Assembly: GCA_038087875.1 (NCBI GenBank) | Contig: CM075989.1 | Location: 62,001-126,000 of the forward strand | DNA: 64,000 nucleotides | From: Malacoraja senta | Lineage: Eukaryota | Direction: 5' to 3' | In this document: in pieces, positions 1 to 12,030 of the stretch | How positions within the stretch are numbered: position 1 is the first letter of the stretch | Layout: the number at the start of each line of letters is the position of its first letter | The notes under the pieces: generated by a model | What the model was told of the DNA's origin: nothing | Database searches by the model: none | The model's input: the letters and a program-made list of their open reading frames with translations, nothing else | Program-made: the position numbers and the translations under genes

Positions 1-240
1 TTCCCCAACATTGGGAACATCTTTCCTGCATCTAGCCTGTCCAAACCCTTAAGAATTGCAAATGTTTCTTTAAGATTCCCTGTCACCCATCCAAGTTCCA
101 GTGAATATAAGCCCAGTCGACCTATTCTTTCATCATATGACAGTCTCGCCATCCCGAGACTCAACCTGGTGAACCTATACTGCACTCCCTCAATAGCAAG
201 AATGTCCTTCCTCAAATTAGGAGACCATAACTGGACACAT
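1..240 (-). mobile_element. CR1 LINE 3' RT fragment; fuller copies at about 14870-15366 and 42057-42140 plus 46882-47308
   Basis: VQLWSPNLRKDILAIEGVQYRFTRL...LDRLDAGKMFPM in ORF 15099-15524. Confidence 0.85.
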
Positions 241-262
241 ATCCAAGGTCCGTATAAACGGC

Positions 263-311
263 CTGCTGCATGAAGCAATGTAATGATGCAAATTGATGCA
301 AATATGTACAT
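263..311 (-). CDS. candidate signal-peptide exon of a third defensin copy whose mature exon would lie left of the window
   Basis: Paralogue of 15389-15437 at offset 15126; encodes MYIFASICIITLLHAA. Confidence 0.45.
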
Positions 312-1134
312 TAAAATAGAATTAGCTAATCGATCGTTTGGACATAAATGTGCCAATTCAAAACGGCAAAGCCTAGTCACAGATCTGGATGAAGGTCATG
401 CATTAGGAATGCATCTGTTTACAATGCGTGTAAAATAAATGAAAAGATCGTGCGGCGACCTCTGTGACATTGTTGATATAAATACAAAACCTCATCTTCT
501 GAACAGAGCAACAGACAATAAGTGACTTCGGTATTCCGAAAAACGCAAGGAATCATGGGATTTGTCAAACCTCAAACGCTATGAATCAAATCGAACTAAG
601 CGCTGTAGATTCAGTGAACATAGTTTGAGTCCATTTTTTTGGTCCTTTTTCAAGTTTGTATTTGTCAGGGGGCAGAGTGATGGGGCAGATCCGAGCGGGA
701 GGGGGAGAGGGAGAGGCTGCACTGCGGAGACATTCTCGGCAGCTGCACGTACACAGACCCACGCCTCATCCGCAGCCAGGCTGGAGCCCGTGACCCTGGC
801 GCCGCAAGCGCTGCCGAACCGCCACTGGACCGACCCCTGTCCCACCCCCCCGATCGAGTGTCACATCCCCGCCCGGGGGCACGTCCTGAGACATCCTGAC
901 CGACGGGACACTGACCCCAGGCCCACTGCCAGCACGCAGAATAAGTGCCAACCCCAGATCACCTCCGCCTCTCCCAACGGGCCAACCGACAGCCCCAGAC
1001 CGACGACACCAGTGGCCCAGGCCCGCAACCAGCGCGGAGAAGAAGCGCCTACTCCAGCCCAACCCCGCTCCAAATCCAGAGGAATCCGCTCCCCGATGGG
1101 ACGCTACGGCGACAAGAGCCAGTTTAACCATGGC

Positions 1135-2222
1135 TGTCTGGACTACACTTCTTCCCACCCTGCTTCCTGTAAGGACCATCCCCCACTCCCAATTCCTCCG
1201 TCTACGTCGCATCTGCTCCCAGGATGACGCGTTCCACACCAGGGCATCCGAAATGTCCTCATTCTTCAGGGAACGGGGGTTCCCCTCCTCCACCATAGAT
1301 GAGGCTCGCACCAGGGTCTCTGCTATACCCCGCAACACTGCTCTCTCTCCCCATCCCCCCACCTGCAACAAGGGCAGTGTCCCCCTAGTCCTCACCTTTC
1401 ACCCCACCAGCCGTCACATACAACAAGTGATCGTCCGTCAGTTTTGCCACTTCCAACGTGACCCCACCACTCGCCACATCTTCCCATCTCCCCCTATATC
1501 TGCCTTCCACAAAGACCGCTCCCTCCGTAACTCCCTTGTCAATTCTTCCCTTCCCTCCCGTACCATCCCCTCCCCGGGCACTTTCCCTTGCAACCGCAAG
1601 AGCTGCAACACTTGTCCCTTCACCTCCCCCCTCGACTCCATTCAAGGACCCAAGCAGTCGTTCCAGGTGCGACAGAGGTTCACCTGCATCTCCTCCAACC
1701 TCATCTATTGCATCCGCTGCTCTAGATGTCAGCTGATCTACGTCGGTGAGACCAAGCTTGGCGATCGTTTCGCCGAACACCTCCGTTCGCTCCGCAATAA
1801 CCAACTTGACCTCCCGGTGGCTCAGCACTTCAACTCCCCCTCCCATTCCGTATCCGACCTCTCTGTCCTGGGTCTCCTCCATGACCAGAGCGAGCAACAC
1901 CGGAAATTGGAGGAAATGCACCTCATATTCCGCTTGGGCATTCTGCATGCTGGGGGCATGAACATTGAATTCTCCCAATTTTGCTAGCCCTTGCTGTCTC
2001 CTCCCCTTCCTCAGCCCATTGGTTGTCTCCTCCCACCCCTCAGCCCTCGGGCTCCTCCTCCGCCTTTTTCCTTTCTTCTCCCCACCCCCTATCAGTCTGA
2101 AGAAGGGTTTCGGCCCGAAACGTTGCCTACTTCGTTCGCTCCATAGATGCTGCAGCACCCGCTGAGTTTCTCCAGCATTTTGTGTACCTTCGATTTTCCA
2201 GCATCTGCATTTCCTTCTTTAA
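1135..2222 (+). mobile_element. 5'-truncated Penelope-like element (RT C-terminal region plus GIY-YIG endonuclease); copies at 16266-17339 and 48209-49326
   Basis: ORF 1130-1987 with SSNLIYCIRCSRC...YVGET...RFAEH...GMN; 15-bp TSD CAGTTTAACCATGGC at 1120-1134 and 2223-2237. Confidence 0.93.
2093..2128 (+). ncRNA. minimal hammerhead ribozyme motif in the Penelope 3' repeat; copies at 17209-17244 and 49175-49210
   Basis: CUGAAGA-A-GGG(UUUCGG)CCC-GAAA-CGUU: both conserved core boxes, stem II and palindromic ACGU stem III; stem I weak. Confidence 0.65.
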
Positions 2223-2925
2223 CAGTTTAACCATGGCCTGGCCGAGCTGCGCTCCCTCAGCCACCGCGTCAAGTACAAGATGGCACCGTGGCGCACCTTG
2301 CACACAACCGGCCTCTGCCCCTACGGTACCCGCTGCCACATTATCCACAACCCCGGGGAGGAGCGAGGGCCCAGGACTCGCCTGCGCCAGAGCCCCCACA
2401 AACCCGAGTTCGACTGGGCCGCGCTGCGGGTGGCCTTCAGCCCTGACCTGGAGTTGGAGCTGGCCCGGGCTCTGAGCTCGGGGCTGGGCAGGGGAGGAGG
2501 AAGTTGTTGCTGCCGCCAGCACCACCTCACCAACAGCAGCGGGAGCCCGGCCTGCCCATGGCCGGCAGGAGCCCGTCTGTAGGCTCTCTGTCCGACCAGG
2601 ACGACTCCAGCAGCAGCGGCTCCGAGTCCCCCGACTTCGAGCAGGGTCGGCGGCTGCCCATCTTCAGCAGGTTCTCTGTGTCGGACTGAGGGAAGGGGGT
2701 GGAGGTGGAGAAGAGAAGTCAGTCAAGGTGTTGCTGTCCCGTCAGGTTGTGGTTGCGTGCCGTCTCCCATAGGGTGTCACCCTCCCCTCCGCGTTTGTGG
2801 GGGCTGGCGTACCCTGGTGTGAAAGACTGGAGGGGGCAAGGGGCAATGCCATCTTTCCAATTGAGAGAATGTAAGTTCTCAACAGCCACTGGACAAGGCG
2901 AGAGGTCACCGGCCCACCGGGAATG

Positions 2926-3043
2926 CCCCCCCCCCCACACCCCCCACCCACACCCCACATCCCCCATCCCCCCCCCACACCCCCCCACACCCCCCCCCAC
3001 ACCCCCCCCACCCACACCTCACACCCCCCCCACACCCCCACAC
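2926..3043. repeat. C-rich (CCCCCCACA-like) low-complexity expansion specific to unit 1
   Basis: Paralogous sites near 18070 and 50056 have only a short C run. Confidence 0.85.
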
Positions 3044-3085
3044 CGGGAGCCGGAGCAGAGCCAGCGCCTCCGCCCCGCGCAGACA

Positions 3086-4065
3086 GCAAGTAGTATTGCG
3101 TAGGCTAATGGGACTGAAGGATGATAAATCCCCTGGGCCTGATGGTCTGCATCCCAGGGTCCTCGTGGAGGTGGCTCTAGAAATAGAGGACGCATTGGTG
3201 ATCATTTACCAATGTTCACTTGATTCAGGATCAGTTCCTGTGGATTGGAGGATAGCTAATGTTATCCCACTTTTAAGAAAGGATCGAGTAAGAAAACGAA
3301 GAATTACAGACCAGTTAGCCTGACTTCGGTGGTGGGAAAGATTCTGGAGTCAATTATTAAAGAGATATTTATGGGGCATTTGGATAGCAGTAAAAGGATT
3401 AATCCAATTCAGCATGGATTTATGAAAGGGAAATCATGCTTGACTAATCGTCTGGAATTTTTTGAGGATATGACAAGTAAAACGGATGAAGGGTATATAA
3501 TGTATCTAGACGTTCAGAAAGCCTGGTGACTAAAATTAGAGCACATGGTATTGGGGGTAGGGTGTTTGGGGCCGCAACTGTTTACCATATATATTAATGA
3601 TTTGGAAGAGGGAATTAGGAGCAACACTGGCAAGTTTGCGGATGACACAAAGCTGGGTGGCAGTGTGAACTGTGAAGTGGATATTAGGAGGTTGCAGGGT
3701 GACCTGGACAGGTTGAGTGAGTGGGCAGATGCGTGGCAGATGCAGTATAATATAGATAAATGTGAGGTTATCCACTTTGGCGGCAAAAACAAGGGGGCAG
3801 ATTATTATCTCAATGGGGCCAGGTTAGGTAAGGGGAAGGAACAGCGAGACCTGGGTGTCCTTGTACACCAGTCACTGAAAGTTGGCGTGCAGGTACAGCA
3901 GGCAGTGAAGAAAGCTAATGGAATGTTGGCCTTCATAACAAGAGGATTTCAGTATAGGAGTAAAGAGGTTCTTCTGCAGTTGTATAGGGCTCCGGTAAGA
4001 CCACATCTGGAGTATTGTGTACAGTTTTGGTCTCCTAATTTGAGGAAGAACATCCTTGTGATTAA
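3086..4065 (+). mobile_element. CR1 LINE RT fragment; copies at about 18130-20447 and 50120-52376, each split by a MITE
   Basis: KSPGPDGLHP, QHGF, LGPQLF, KFADDTKLGG, RPHLEYCVQFWSP; GTTTCTAT tail in copies 2 and 3. Confidence 0.92.
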
Positions 4066-4619
4066 ATGGCCTGTCCCACGGGTAGGCGACTCCATGCGGC
4101 AAGCGCAACCTAACCGGAAGCGGTGGCCGCGCGGAGGCTGAGTGATCACCGTACGGCCTGTCCCACGGGCATGCGATTCCATGCGGCGAGCGCGACCTTA
4201 CCGGAAGCGGGGGCTGCGCGGACGTCCAGTTCGAGCGAAGTCCGTTGGAAGCTCGAGCGGTTTTTATGTAGGTGAACACTGGTAGGTGATGTTTAGGTTT
4301 TTATGTAGGTGAACACAGGTAGGTGATGTTTCGAGTCGAGACCCTTCCTCAGACCATAGAAGACTGCAGAAGACTTCAGTCCGAAGAAGGTGTCTCGACC
4401 AGAAACACCACCTGTCCACAGAAGCTGCCTGATCTACTGAGTTACTCCAGCATGTTTGGTGTGTCCATCATCGGTGTAAATGGGCATCTGCAGTTCCTTC
4501 CTTCACAACAATTCCAGAGTTGACGGAGATGGTGCACGCAACGTCGAGGCGGTGCGCGCAGCATTTTTGTGTACCTTTGATTTTCCAGCATCTGCAGTTC
4601 CTTCTTTAACAACAACCTA

Positions 4620-4800
4620 ATTTTAGTCGTGGCCGGTTTTGAATTTTTTGAAATAATCGCCGGAACATAGAAGAAGCGAAAACCACTTTCGACCATTAGC
4701 GAGACTGGCAAAAACCTCTGGGAACCGCACGGAAACCTTGGGTGGGGCGCAAAGGCTCCAGAGGTTTCCATTCAGGTTTCTGAAGTGGGACAGGGGCATT
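4620..4800. mobile_element. fragment of a related MITE ending ...AAGTGGGACAGGGGCAT
   Basis: Terminus resembles the TGGGACAGGCCC end of the MITE at 19132-19831; other end not seen. Confidence 0.4.
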
Positions 4801-5050
4801 AGGAAGCCAAGGAGCCAAGGGAGACTGACAGCACGGAAACAGGCCCTTTGGCCATACTTGACCATGCCGACGAATATGCCCAATATGGACTAATCCTATT
4901 TGCGGGAAATTTCGACCCTATCTCTTTAAAGCACCTGTCCATGTACTCCGCTCTGTGCATTTGATATGCTTTGACATACCTAACTCAACGACATCCTCTG
5001 CAGCTTGTTCCCTGCACTTACCTTCTTAGGTAAACCTTGTCCCCAATTAT

Positions 5051-5350
5051 GTTTAGATTGGAGATACAGGGTGGAAGCAGGCGCTTCGGCCCATCGAACC
5101 CACGCCGACAAGCGATTCCCATGCACTAGCACTATCCGACAAAATAAGGGGAATTTATAAATTTTACGTTACCAATCAACCTACAAACATGCTCTTCTTT
5201 GGAGTGTGGGAGGAAACTGGAGCACCCGGGTAAAACACACTGGGTCACGGAGAGAATGTATAAATTCTGTACAGACAGCACACGTAGCGAAGTTTGAACC
5301 CGTGTCTCTTGGGATGTGAGGTATCAGCTCCACCGCTCCGCCACCGTGTG
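5051..5350 (-). mobile_element. tRNA-derived V-SINE (HE1-like)
   Basis: Minus-strand A-box-like TGGCGGAGCGG and B-box-like GGTTCAAAC; plus-strand GGGAGGAAACTGGAGCACCCGG resembles the V-SINE core. Confidence 0.7.
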
Positions 5351-5445
5351 GCCACTATTAAATGTTTCCACTCTCACAAACCTATGTCTATTAGTTCTTG
5401 CGTCCCACATCCTCAGTGAAACACTTTGCATTCATCCCGTCAATC

Positions 5446-8400
5446 ATAGAAACATAGAAACATAGAAACATAGAAACATAGACACATAGAAAATAGGTGC
5501 AGGAGGAGGCCATTCGGCCCTTCGAGCCAGCACCGCCATTCATTGTGATCATAGAAACATAGAAACATAGAAACATAGAAAATAGGTGCAGTAGTAGGCC
5601 ATTCGGCCCTTCGAGCCTGCACCGCCATTCAACATGATCATGGCTGATCATCCAACTCAGTATCCTGTACCTGCTTTCTCTCCATACACCCTCATCCCTT
5701 TAGCCACAAGGGCCACATCTAACTCCCTCTTATATATAGCCAATGAACTGGCCTCAACTGCATTCTGTGGCAGAGAATTCCAGAGATTCACCACTCTCAT
5801 GGCTGATCGTCCCCATGCCTGCCTTCTCCCCATATCCCTTGACTCCACTAGCCCCTAGAGCTCTATCTAACTCTCTCTTAAATCCATCCAGTGACTTGGC
5901 CTCCACTGTCTCTGTGGCAGGGAATTCCATAAATTCACAACTCTCTGCGTGTTTTCTCACCTCAGTCTTAAATGATCTCCCCTTTATTCTAACACTGTGG
6001 CCCTTGGTTCTGGACTCGCCCAAAATTGGGAACATTTTCCTGCATCTAGTTTGTCCAGTCCTTTTATAATTTTATATGTTCCTATAAGATCCCCCTCATC
6101 CTTCTAAACGCCAGTGAATACAATCCCAGTCTTTTCAATATTTCATCATATGACAGTCCCGCCATCCCAGGAATCAATCTCGTGAACCTACGCTGCACTG
6201 CCTCACTCACAAGGATATCCTTCCTCAAATTAGGAGACCAAAACTGTACACAATACTCCAGATGTGGTCTCACCAGAGCAATATACAACTGCAGAAGAAC
6301 CTCTTTACTCCTATACTGAAATCCTCTTGTTATGAAGGCCAACATTCCATTCGCTTTCCTTATGGCCTGCTGTACCTGCACGCCAACTTTCAGTGTCCGG
6401 TGTACAAGGACACCCAGGTCTCGTTGTACCTCCCCCTTACCTAACCCCATCGAGATAATAATCGGCCCCCATGTTTTTGCCGCCAAAGTGGATAACCTCA
6501 CATTTATCTATATTATACTGCATCTGCCACGCATCTGCCCACTCACTCAACCTGTCCAGGTCACCCTGCAACCTCCTAACATCCTCTTCACAGTTCACAC
6601 TGCCACTCAGCTTTGTGTCATCCGCAAACTTGCTAGTGTTGCTCCTAATTCCCTCTTCCAAATCATTAATATATATGGTAAACAGTTGCGGCCCCAACAC
6701 TGAGCCTTGCGGCACTCCACTCGCCACTGTCTGCCATTCTGAAAAGGACCCGTTCACTCCTACTCTTTGCTTCCGGTCTGCCAACCAATTTTCTATCCAT
6801 GTCAACACCCTACCCCCAATACCATGTGCTCTAATTTTAGTCACCAGTCTCCCGTGCGGGACCTTATCAAAGGCTTTCTGAAAGTCTAGATACACGACAT
6901 CCACTGGCACCCCTTCATCCATTTTACTAGTCACATCCTCAAAAAATTCCAGAAGATTAGTGAAGCATGATTTCCCTTTCATAAATCCATGTTGACTTGG
7001 ACTAATCCTTTTACTGCTATCCAAATGCCCCATAATTACCTCTTTAATAATTGACTCCAGCATCTTTCCCGCAACTGAAGTCAGGCTAACTGGTCTGTAA
7101 TTCCCCGTTTTCTCTCTCGCTCCTATCTTGAAAAGTGGGAAAACATTTGCTATCCTCCAATCCACAGGAACTGATCCTGAATCTATTGAACATTGGAAAA
7201 TGATCACCAATGCGTCCACTATTTCTAGAGCCTGAGGAAGCAGACCATCAGGCCCATGGGGATATATCATCCTTCAGTCACATTAGCTTACTCAATACTA
7301 TTTCTCGCCCAATGAAAATTTATTTCAGTTCCTCTACCCCCTTAGATCCTCTGTCCTCCAGTACCTCTGGGAGATTGTTTGTGTCTTCCTTAGTGAAGAC
7401 AGATCCGAAGTACTTATTCAACTCTTCTGCCATTTCCTTGTTGCCCATAATAATTTCACCCGTGTCTGCCTTCAAGGGACCCACATTTGACATTGCTACT
7501 CTTTTCCATTAACATATCTAAAGAAGCGTTTACTGTCCTTCTTCATATTCCTAGCCAGCTTCCCCTCGTACTTCATCTTTTCAGCCCGTATTGCCCATTT
7601 TGTTTCCTTCTGTTGTCCCATGGACGTTTCCCAATCCCCTGGCTTCCGGCTGCTCTTTGCTGTGTTATAGATCTTTTCTTTTAGATTTATTCTATCCCTA
7701 ACTTCTCTTGCCAACCGTGTTTGCCTCCTACTACCCTTAGATTCGTTCTTCCTTTTTGGAATGAAATGATCCTGCGTCTCCCGGATTATGCCCAGATATT
7801 CCTGCCATTGCTGTTCCACCGTCATTCCTGCTAGGATCGCTTCCCAGTCTACTTTGGCCAGCTCCCCTCTAATGCCTTCATAGTCCCCTTTGTTCAACTG
7901 CATCATTGCCACTTCCCATTTAACCTTCTCCTTCTCAAATTGCAGATTAAAACTAATCATATTATGATCACTACCTCCAAGCGGTTCCTTTACCTCGAGT
8001 TCTCTTCCCATATCTGGTTCATTGGACAACACTAAATACAGAATTGCCTTTTCTCTGGTCGGCTCCATTACAAGCTGCTCTAAGAATCCATCACGGAGGC
8101 ATTCTACAAACTCTCTTTCCTGGGGTCCTTAAACAACCTGATTTTCCCAGTCTACCTGCGTATTGAAATCCCCCATCACCACAGTGGCATTACCTTTGTT
8201 ACATGCCAGTTTTAACTCCTGCTGCAACTTACACCCTATATCCGGGCTACTATTTGGGGGTCTGTAAATAACACCAATTAGTGTCTTCTTGCCTTTACAA
8301 TACCTCAACTCAATCCACAGTGACTTTACGTCGTCAGTCCCTATGTCTTCCCTCGCAAGGGACTGAATTACATCCCTCACCAGCAGAGCTACCCCCCTCC

Positions 8401-9780
8401 TCTGCCCACCTGCCTGTCCTTTCTATAGGATGTAGAACCCTGAATATTAAGTTCTCAGGGGCCCGATCCTCCTTCAGCCACGTCACAGTAATCGCCACAA
8501 TGTCATAACTACCATCATCTAACTGAGCCTCAAGCTCATCCACTTTACTTCTTATATTTTGCGCATTCATATACAATACTTTTCATTCCTTATGCATCTC
8601 ACCTTTCACATCGATCCCAATTACACTTGGCCATACTCTCCTATCCCTTTGTGAGCTTCCTTTCCCGTTAATTCTGGGGTCATTAATCATCCCTTTACTC
8701 TCTTTCCCTTTAAATCCGTCCTCGACTATCCCATTTGAAACCCCACCCCCCTTATTCAGTTTAAAACCACCCGTGTAGCAGTGGCAAACCTGCCTGCCAG
8801 AATGCTGGTCCCCCACCTGTTAAGATGCAATCCATCCCTTTTGTACAGTTCCCCCTTACTCCAAAACAGATCCCAGTGGCCTAAGAATCTAAATCCCTGC
8901 TCCCTGCACCAGTTCCTCAGCCACACATTCATGTCCCGTATCTCCCTGTTCCTGCTCTCGCCAGCACGAGGAACTGGAAGCAAACCGGAGATAACACCCC
9001 TGGATGTCCTGCTTTTCAACATTTTTCCGAGCTCTCTAAAGTCACGCTGCAGAATATTCATCCCCTTCTTTCCGACATCGTTTGTGCCGACATGCACTAC
9101 CACTTCCGGCTGTTCACCTTCGCCCTTGAGGATTTTCTGCACTCTGTCCATGACATCCTGGATCCTGGCACCAGGAAGGCAGCACACCATCCTCGAATCA
9201 CGTCTGTTGCCGCAGAAACCCCTGTCTGTACCTCTCACAATGGAGTCTCCAACTACAATTGCGTTGCCTGACATTGGCCTCTTTGGTTTTGGCTCAACAG
9301 ACCTGTTTGCTTCGCAAGCCAGTGCGCCGCTCAGTGCGTTAATGTCTTCTGTCCTGGCAGTTTCCAAGTGGGTGAACCTCTTCACAAGAGGTATAACACC
9401 CGGGAATGTTTGCATTCCATGTTTCCCTCCCTTTCTCACCGTCACCCACCTTCTCTCTTCCAGTACCTTAGGTGTAACAATCTTACTGTAGGACTTGTCG
9501 AGGAACGACTCAGTTTCTCGGACGAACCTGAGGTCATCCACTTGCTTCTCCAGTTCCCCAACACGTTCCTTCAGGAGCTGTACCTGGATGTACTTCTCAC
9601 ATTTGTAGTAGCCAGAGGCACCAGCAGTGTCCTTGACCTCCCACATACTGCAAGCATCACACTGAATCAGGTTGCCTGACATCTCCTTCTTTCATCTCTC
9701 CCTCTCCAGCGTTTTGCGTAGCACTCATTTATTCCCCCTCATTAATCCCCCTCATTTATTTATAAGCCTCATTTTGCTGA
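5446..9780 (-). mobile_element. near full-length CR1 LINE with broken ORF2 and stacked extra 3' ends
   Basis: APE pieces (GDFN, SDHN), RT pieces (LDFQKAFDKV, GVPQGSVLGP, FADD) and (GTTTCTAT)n tails at 5446-5490 and 5551-5580. Confidence 0.95.
8756..9682 (-). CDS. CR1 ORF1 protein (Cys-rich N-terminus, coiled coil, SGNH esterase-like domain); N-terminal half repeated at 35789-36136
   Basis: Uninterrupted 308 aa with CxxC, VVGDS, VHVGTND and DGLH motifs. Confidence 0.9.
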   Translation of the reverse strand: MSGNLIQCDACSMWEVKDTAGASGYYKCEKYIQVQLLKERVGELEKQVDDLRFVRETESFLDKSYSKIVTPKVLEERRWVTVRKGGKHGMQTFPGVIPLVKRFTHLETARTEDINALSGALACEANRSVEPKPKRPMSGNAIVVGDSIVRGTDRGFCGNRRDSRMVCCLPGARIQDVMDRVQKILKGEGEQPEVVVHVGTNDVGKKGMNILQRDFRELGKMLKSRTSRGVISGLLPVPRAGESRNREIRDMNVWLRNWCREQGFRFLGHWDLFWSKGELYKRDGLHLNRWGTSILAGRFATATRVVLN

Positions 9781-9984
9781 GTTCTTAGCTTCTTGTGCTC
9801 CAAGAATTGAAGTCTGAGCCTATCCAATCAACATAGCTGTGGCCCATGAATGTTTGGCACTTCATCGTGCATCTTCACCACACTCCTTGCAGCTTACTGC
9901 CATCCTTCCCAAAGTAGAGTGATCACAACGGAACTCAATAGTGGAAATGTGGCATCACCATGTCCTTCTACAACTATAAAATAA

Positions 9985-11452
9985 CATCCCCATCTATGTC
10001 CAAGACACCTTACACGCTCTTAGTCTCCTTCATGACTTCCATTTTCCAGGCCCCTACTCCCTCATCTTCACCCTGGATTTCCAGTCACTCTACACCTCCA
10101 TCCCCCACCAGGAGGGTCTTAAAGCCTTCTGTTTCTTCCTCGACCTGAGAACCCTGTCTAGTAATACCCTCCTCCGCCTAGCGGAGCTGGTCCTTACCCT
10201 CAACAACTTTTCTTTTGAATCCTCCCATTTCCTCCAAATCCATGGCGTAGCTATGGGCACGCGCATGGGCCCCAGCTATGCCTGCCTCATTTAAGGGTAT
10301 GTAGAACAATCCTTGTTCGAGGCGTACCTTGGCCCTACCCTCGAACTCTACCTCAGCCACATTGACGACTGCATTGGTGCGATCTCCTGCACCCATGCAG
10401 AACTCACTGACCATCTATTTCACCATTAACTTCCATCTGGCAGACAAATTCATCTGGTCCATTTCCGACATCTCCTTCCATTTCTCGACCCCACTATCTC
10501 CATCGCAGGTAACAGACAACAGACCGGCATCTACTACAAACCCACTGACTGCCATAGCTATCATGACTACATTTCTTCGCACCCTGCTTCCTGAAAGGAC
10601 TCTATCCGCTGCTCCCAATTCCTCGGTCTACGCCGCACCAGGATGAGGTTTTCCAAAACAGGGCATCGGAGATGTCCTCATTCTTTAGGAAACGGGGGTT
10701 CCCCTCCTATTATAGATGTGTCTCTCACCAGGGTCTCCTCAATATCCCGCAGTTTCGCCCTCACTACCCATCCCCCTACTCGTAACAAGGACAGAGACAC
10801 CTTGCCCTCACCTTCCACCCCATCAGCCATCGCATACAACATATAATCCTCCGACATTTTCGCCATCTCCAAGGGATCCTACCACTGGCCACATCTTTCC
10901 ATCTCTTTCCCTTTGTGCTTTCCGCAGAGACCGTTCCTTCCGTAACGCCCTGGTCAATTCGTTCCTTCCCACCAAAACCGCAGGAGATGCAACACCTGTC
11001 CCTTTACCCCCTCCCCCGACTCCATCCAAGGACCCAATCACTATTTCCAGGTGAGGCATCTCCTCCAATCTCATCTAGTGCATCCGCTGTTCCAGGTGTC
11101 CATTTCTCTAGACCAAGCGATCACTTCACCCAACACTTGTGCTCAGTTTGCACTAACCAACCCGATCTCCCGGTGGGTCAGCACTTCAACCCCCCTCCCA
11201 TTCCAAATCTGACCTTTCTGGCCTGGGCCTCCTCCATTGTCAAATTGAGGCCCAGTGCAAATTGGAGGAACAGCACCTCATATTTCGCTTGGGTGGTTTA
11301 TACCCCAGCGGTATGAACATTTACTTCTCTAATTTCAGATGTTCCTTCCTTTCTCCTTCCTTCCCCTCCCGTTCCCAGCTCTCCCTCAAGCCTACTGTCT
11401 CCGCCTCTTCCTTTATTTTTCCCACCACCCCACATCAGTCTGAAGAAGGGTT
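9985..11452 (+). mobile_element. decayed Penelope-like element (RT and GIY-YIG remnants); copy at about 36440-38010
   Basis: DFQSLYTSIP, LTLNNFSF, GVAMGTRMGPSYA and HIDD remnants, then KLEEQHLIFRLG...GMN; many stops and frameshifts. Confidence 0.88.
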
Positions 11453-11899
11453 CCGCGGATCTATCATCAAATCACACTGCTCTTCAAATCACCCTCCGAA
11501 ATCGGACAGAGAAGTTGAGAAAGGGATAATAGTGTGGCGGCAAGTAACCCAGTGGCCGTTTTTAACAGACGGACGCTCTCTCGTTTTCATGACTATCAGT
11601 AGCACCCATATGGAAGATTTTGCAGATGATCCCTGGAGAGCTGAGGACAACACCCGACTCTCAGTCATTTACGTGCAGCGCATGTGAGCGATGCCTATAC
11701 TGCAGCCCATATCAGCAATCCTCGATTTTCTCCTTATAAACTATACTCTGAATTGGCTATTGCAAAATAATTTTAAGGGAAAGCAAAGCAGTGAGCAGTT
11801 ATTGTTTATCAATTCAGCTTTTCACACTGTTTTTCTTGACAATCAGTTGATATCAGATCCAAACGAAACGTAGTTCCCTGGTGAAATATTCGTTGCGCT

Positions 11900-12000
11900 T
11901 TACTTGGTGCAACATTTCTCCTCACCGAAGCACGCTCCGCTTTCCTTAAAGCCATCGGGGCAGGGGTTCAGACATGTTCCCCTCTGAAGGCTGCACTTAT
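11900..12000 (-). CDS. beta-defensin-like mature-peptide exon, copy A: (D)KCSLQRGTCLNPCPDGFKESGACFGEEKCCTK*
   Basis: Manual translation of the minus strand gives C-x6-C-x3-C-x9-C-x5-CC with GxC motifs, the beta-defensin spacing. Preceded by a pyrimidine-rich phase-1 acceptor (ttcatcttgtattttgtgtcgtacAG at 12001-12026) and ends at TAA (11900-11902). Confidence 0.85.
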
Positions 12001-12030
12001 CTGTACGACACAAAATACAAGATGAATTAT

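Larger units (their letters stand above)
670..2689 (+). pseudogene. ZFP36/TIS11 (tristetraprolin family) pseudogene, copy 1, interrupted by Penelope at 1135-2222
   Basis: Removing the insertion gives [49 protein letters not shown] (tandem CCCH region with several Cys lost). C-terminus SLSDQD...SESP...RRLPIFSRFSVSD* is the CNOT1-binding tail. Frameshifted; 5' limit approximate. Confidence 0.9.

Noticed and set aside
2232..2689. Functional ZFP36 gene
   Set aside because: Zinc-ligand Cys residues lost, TE insertion in finger 1 and frameshifts in all three copies.
2699..3205. Pro-rich and Gly-rich ORFs
   Set aside because: Arise from a unit-1-specific C-rich expansion that may be an assembly artefact.
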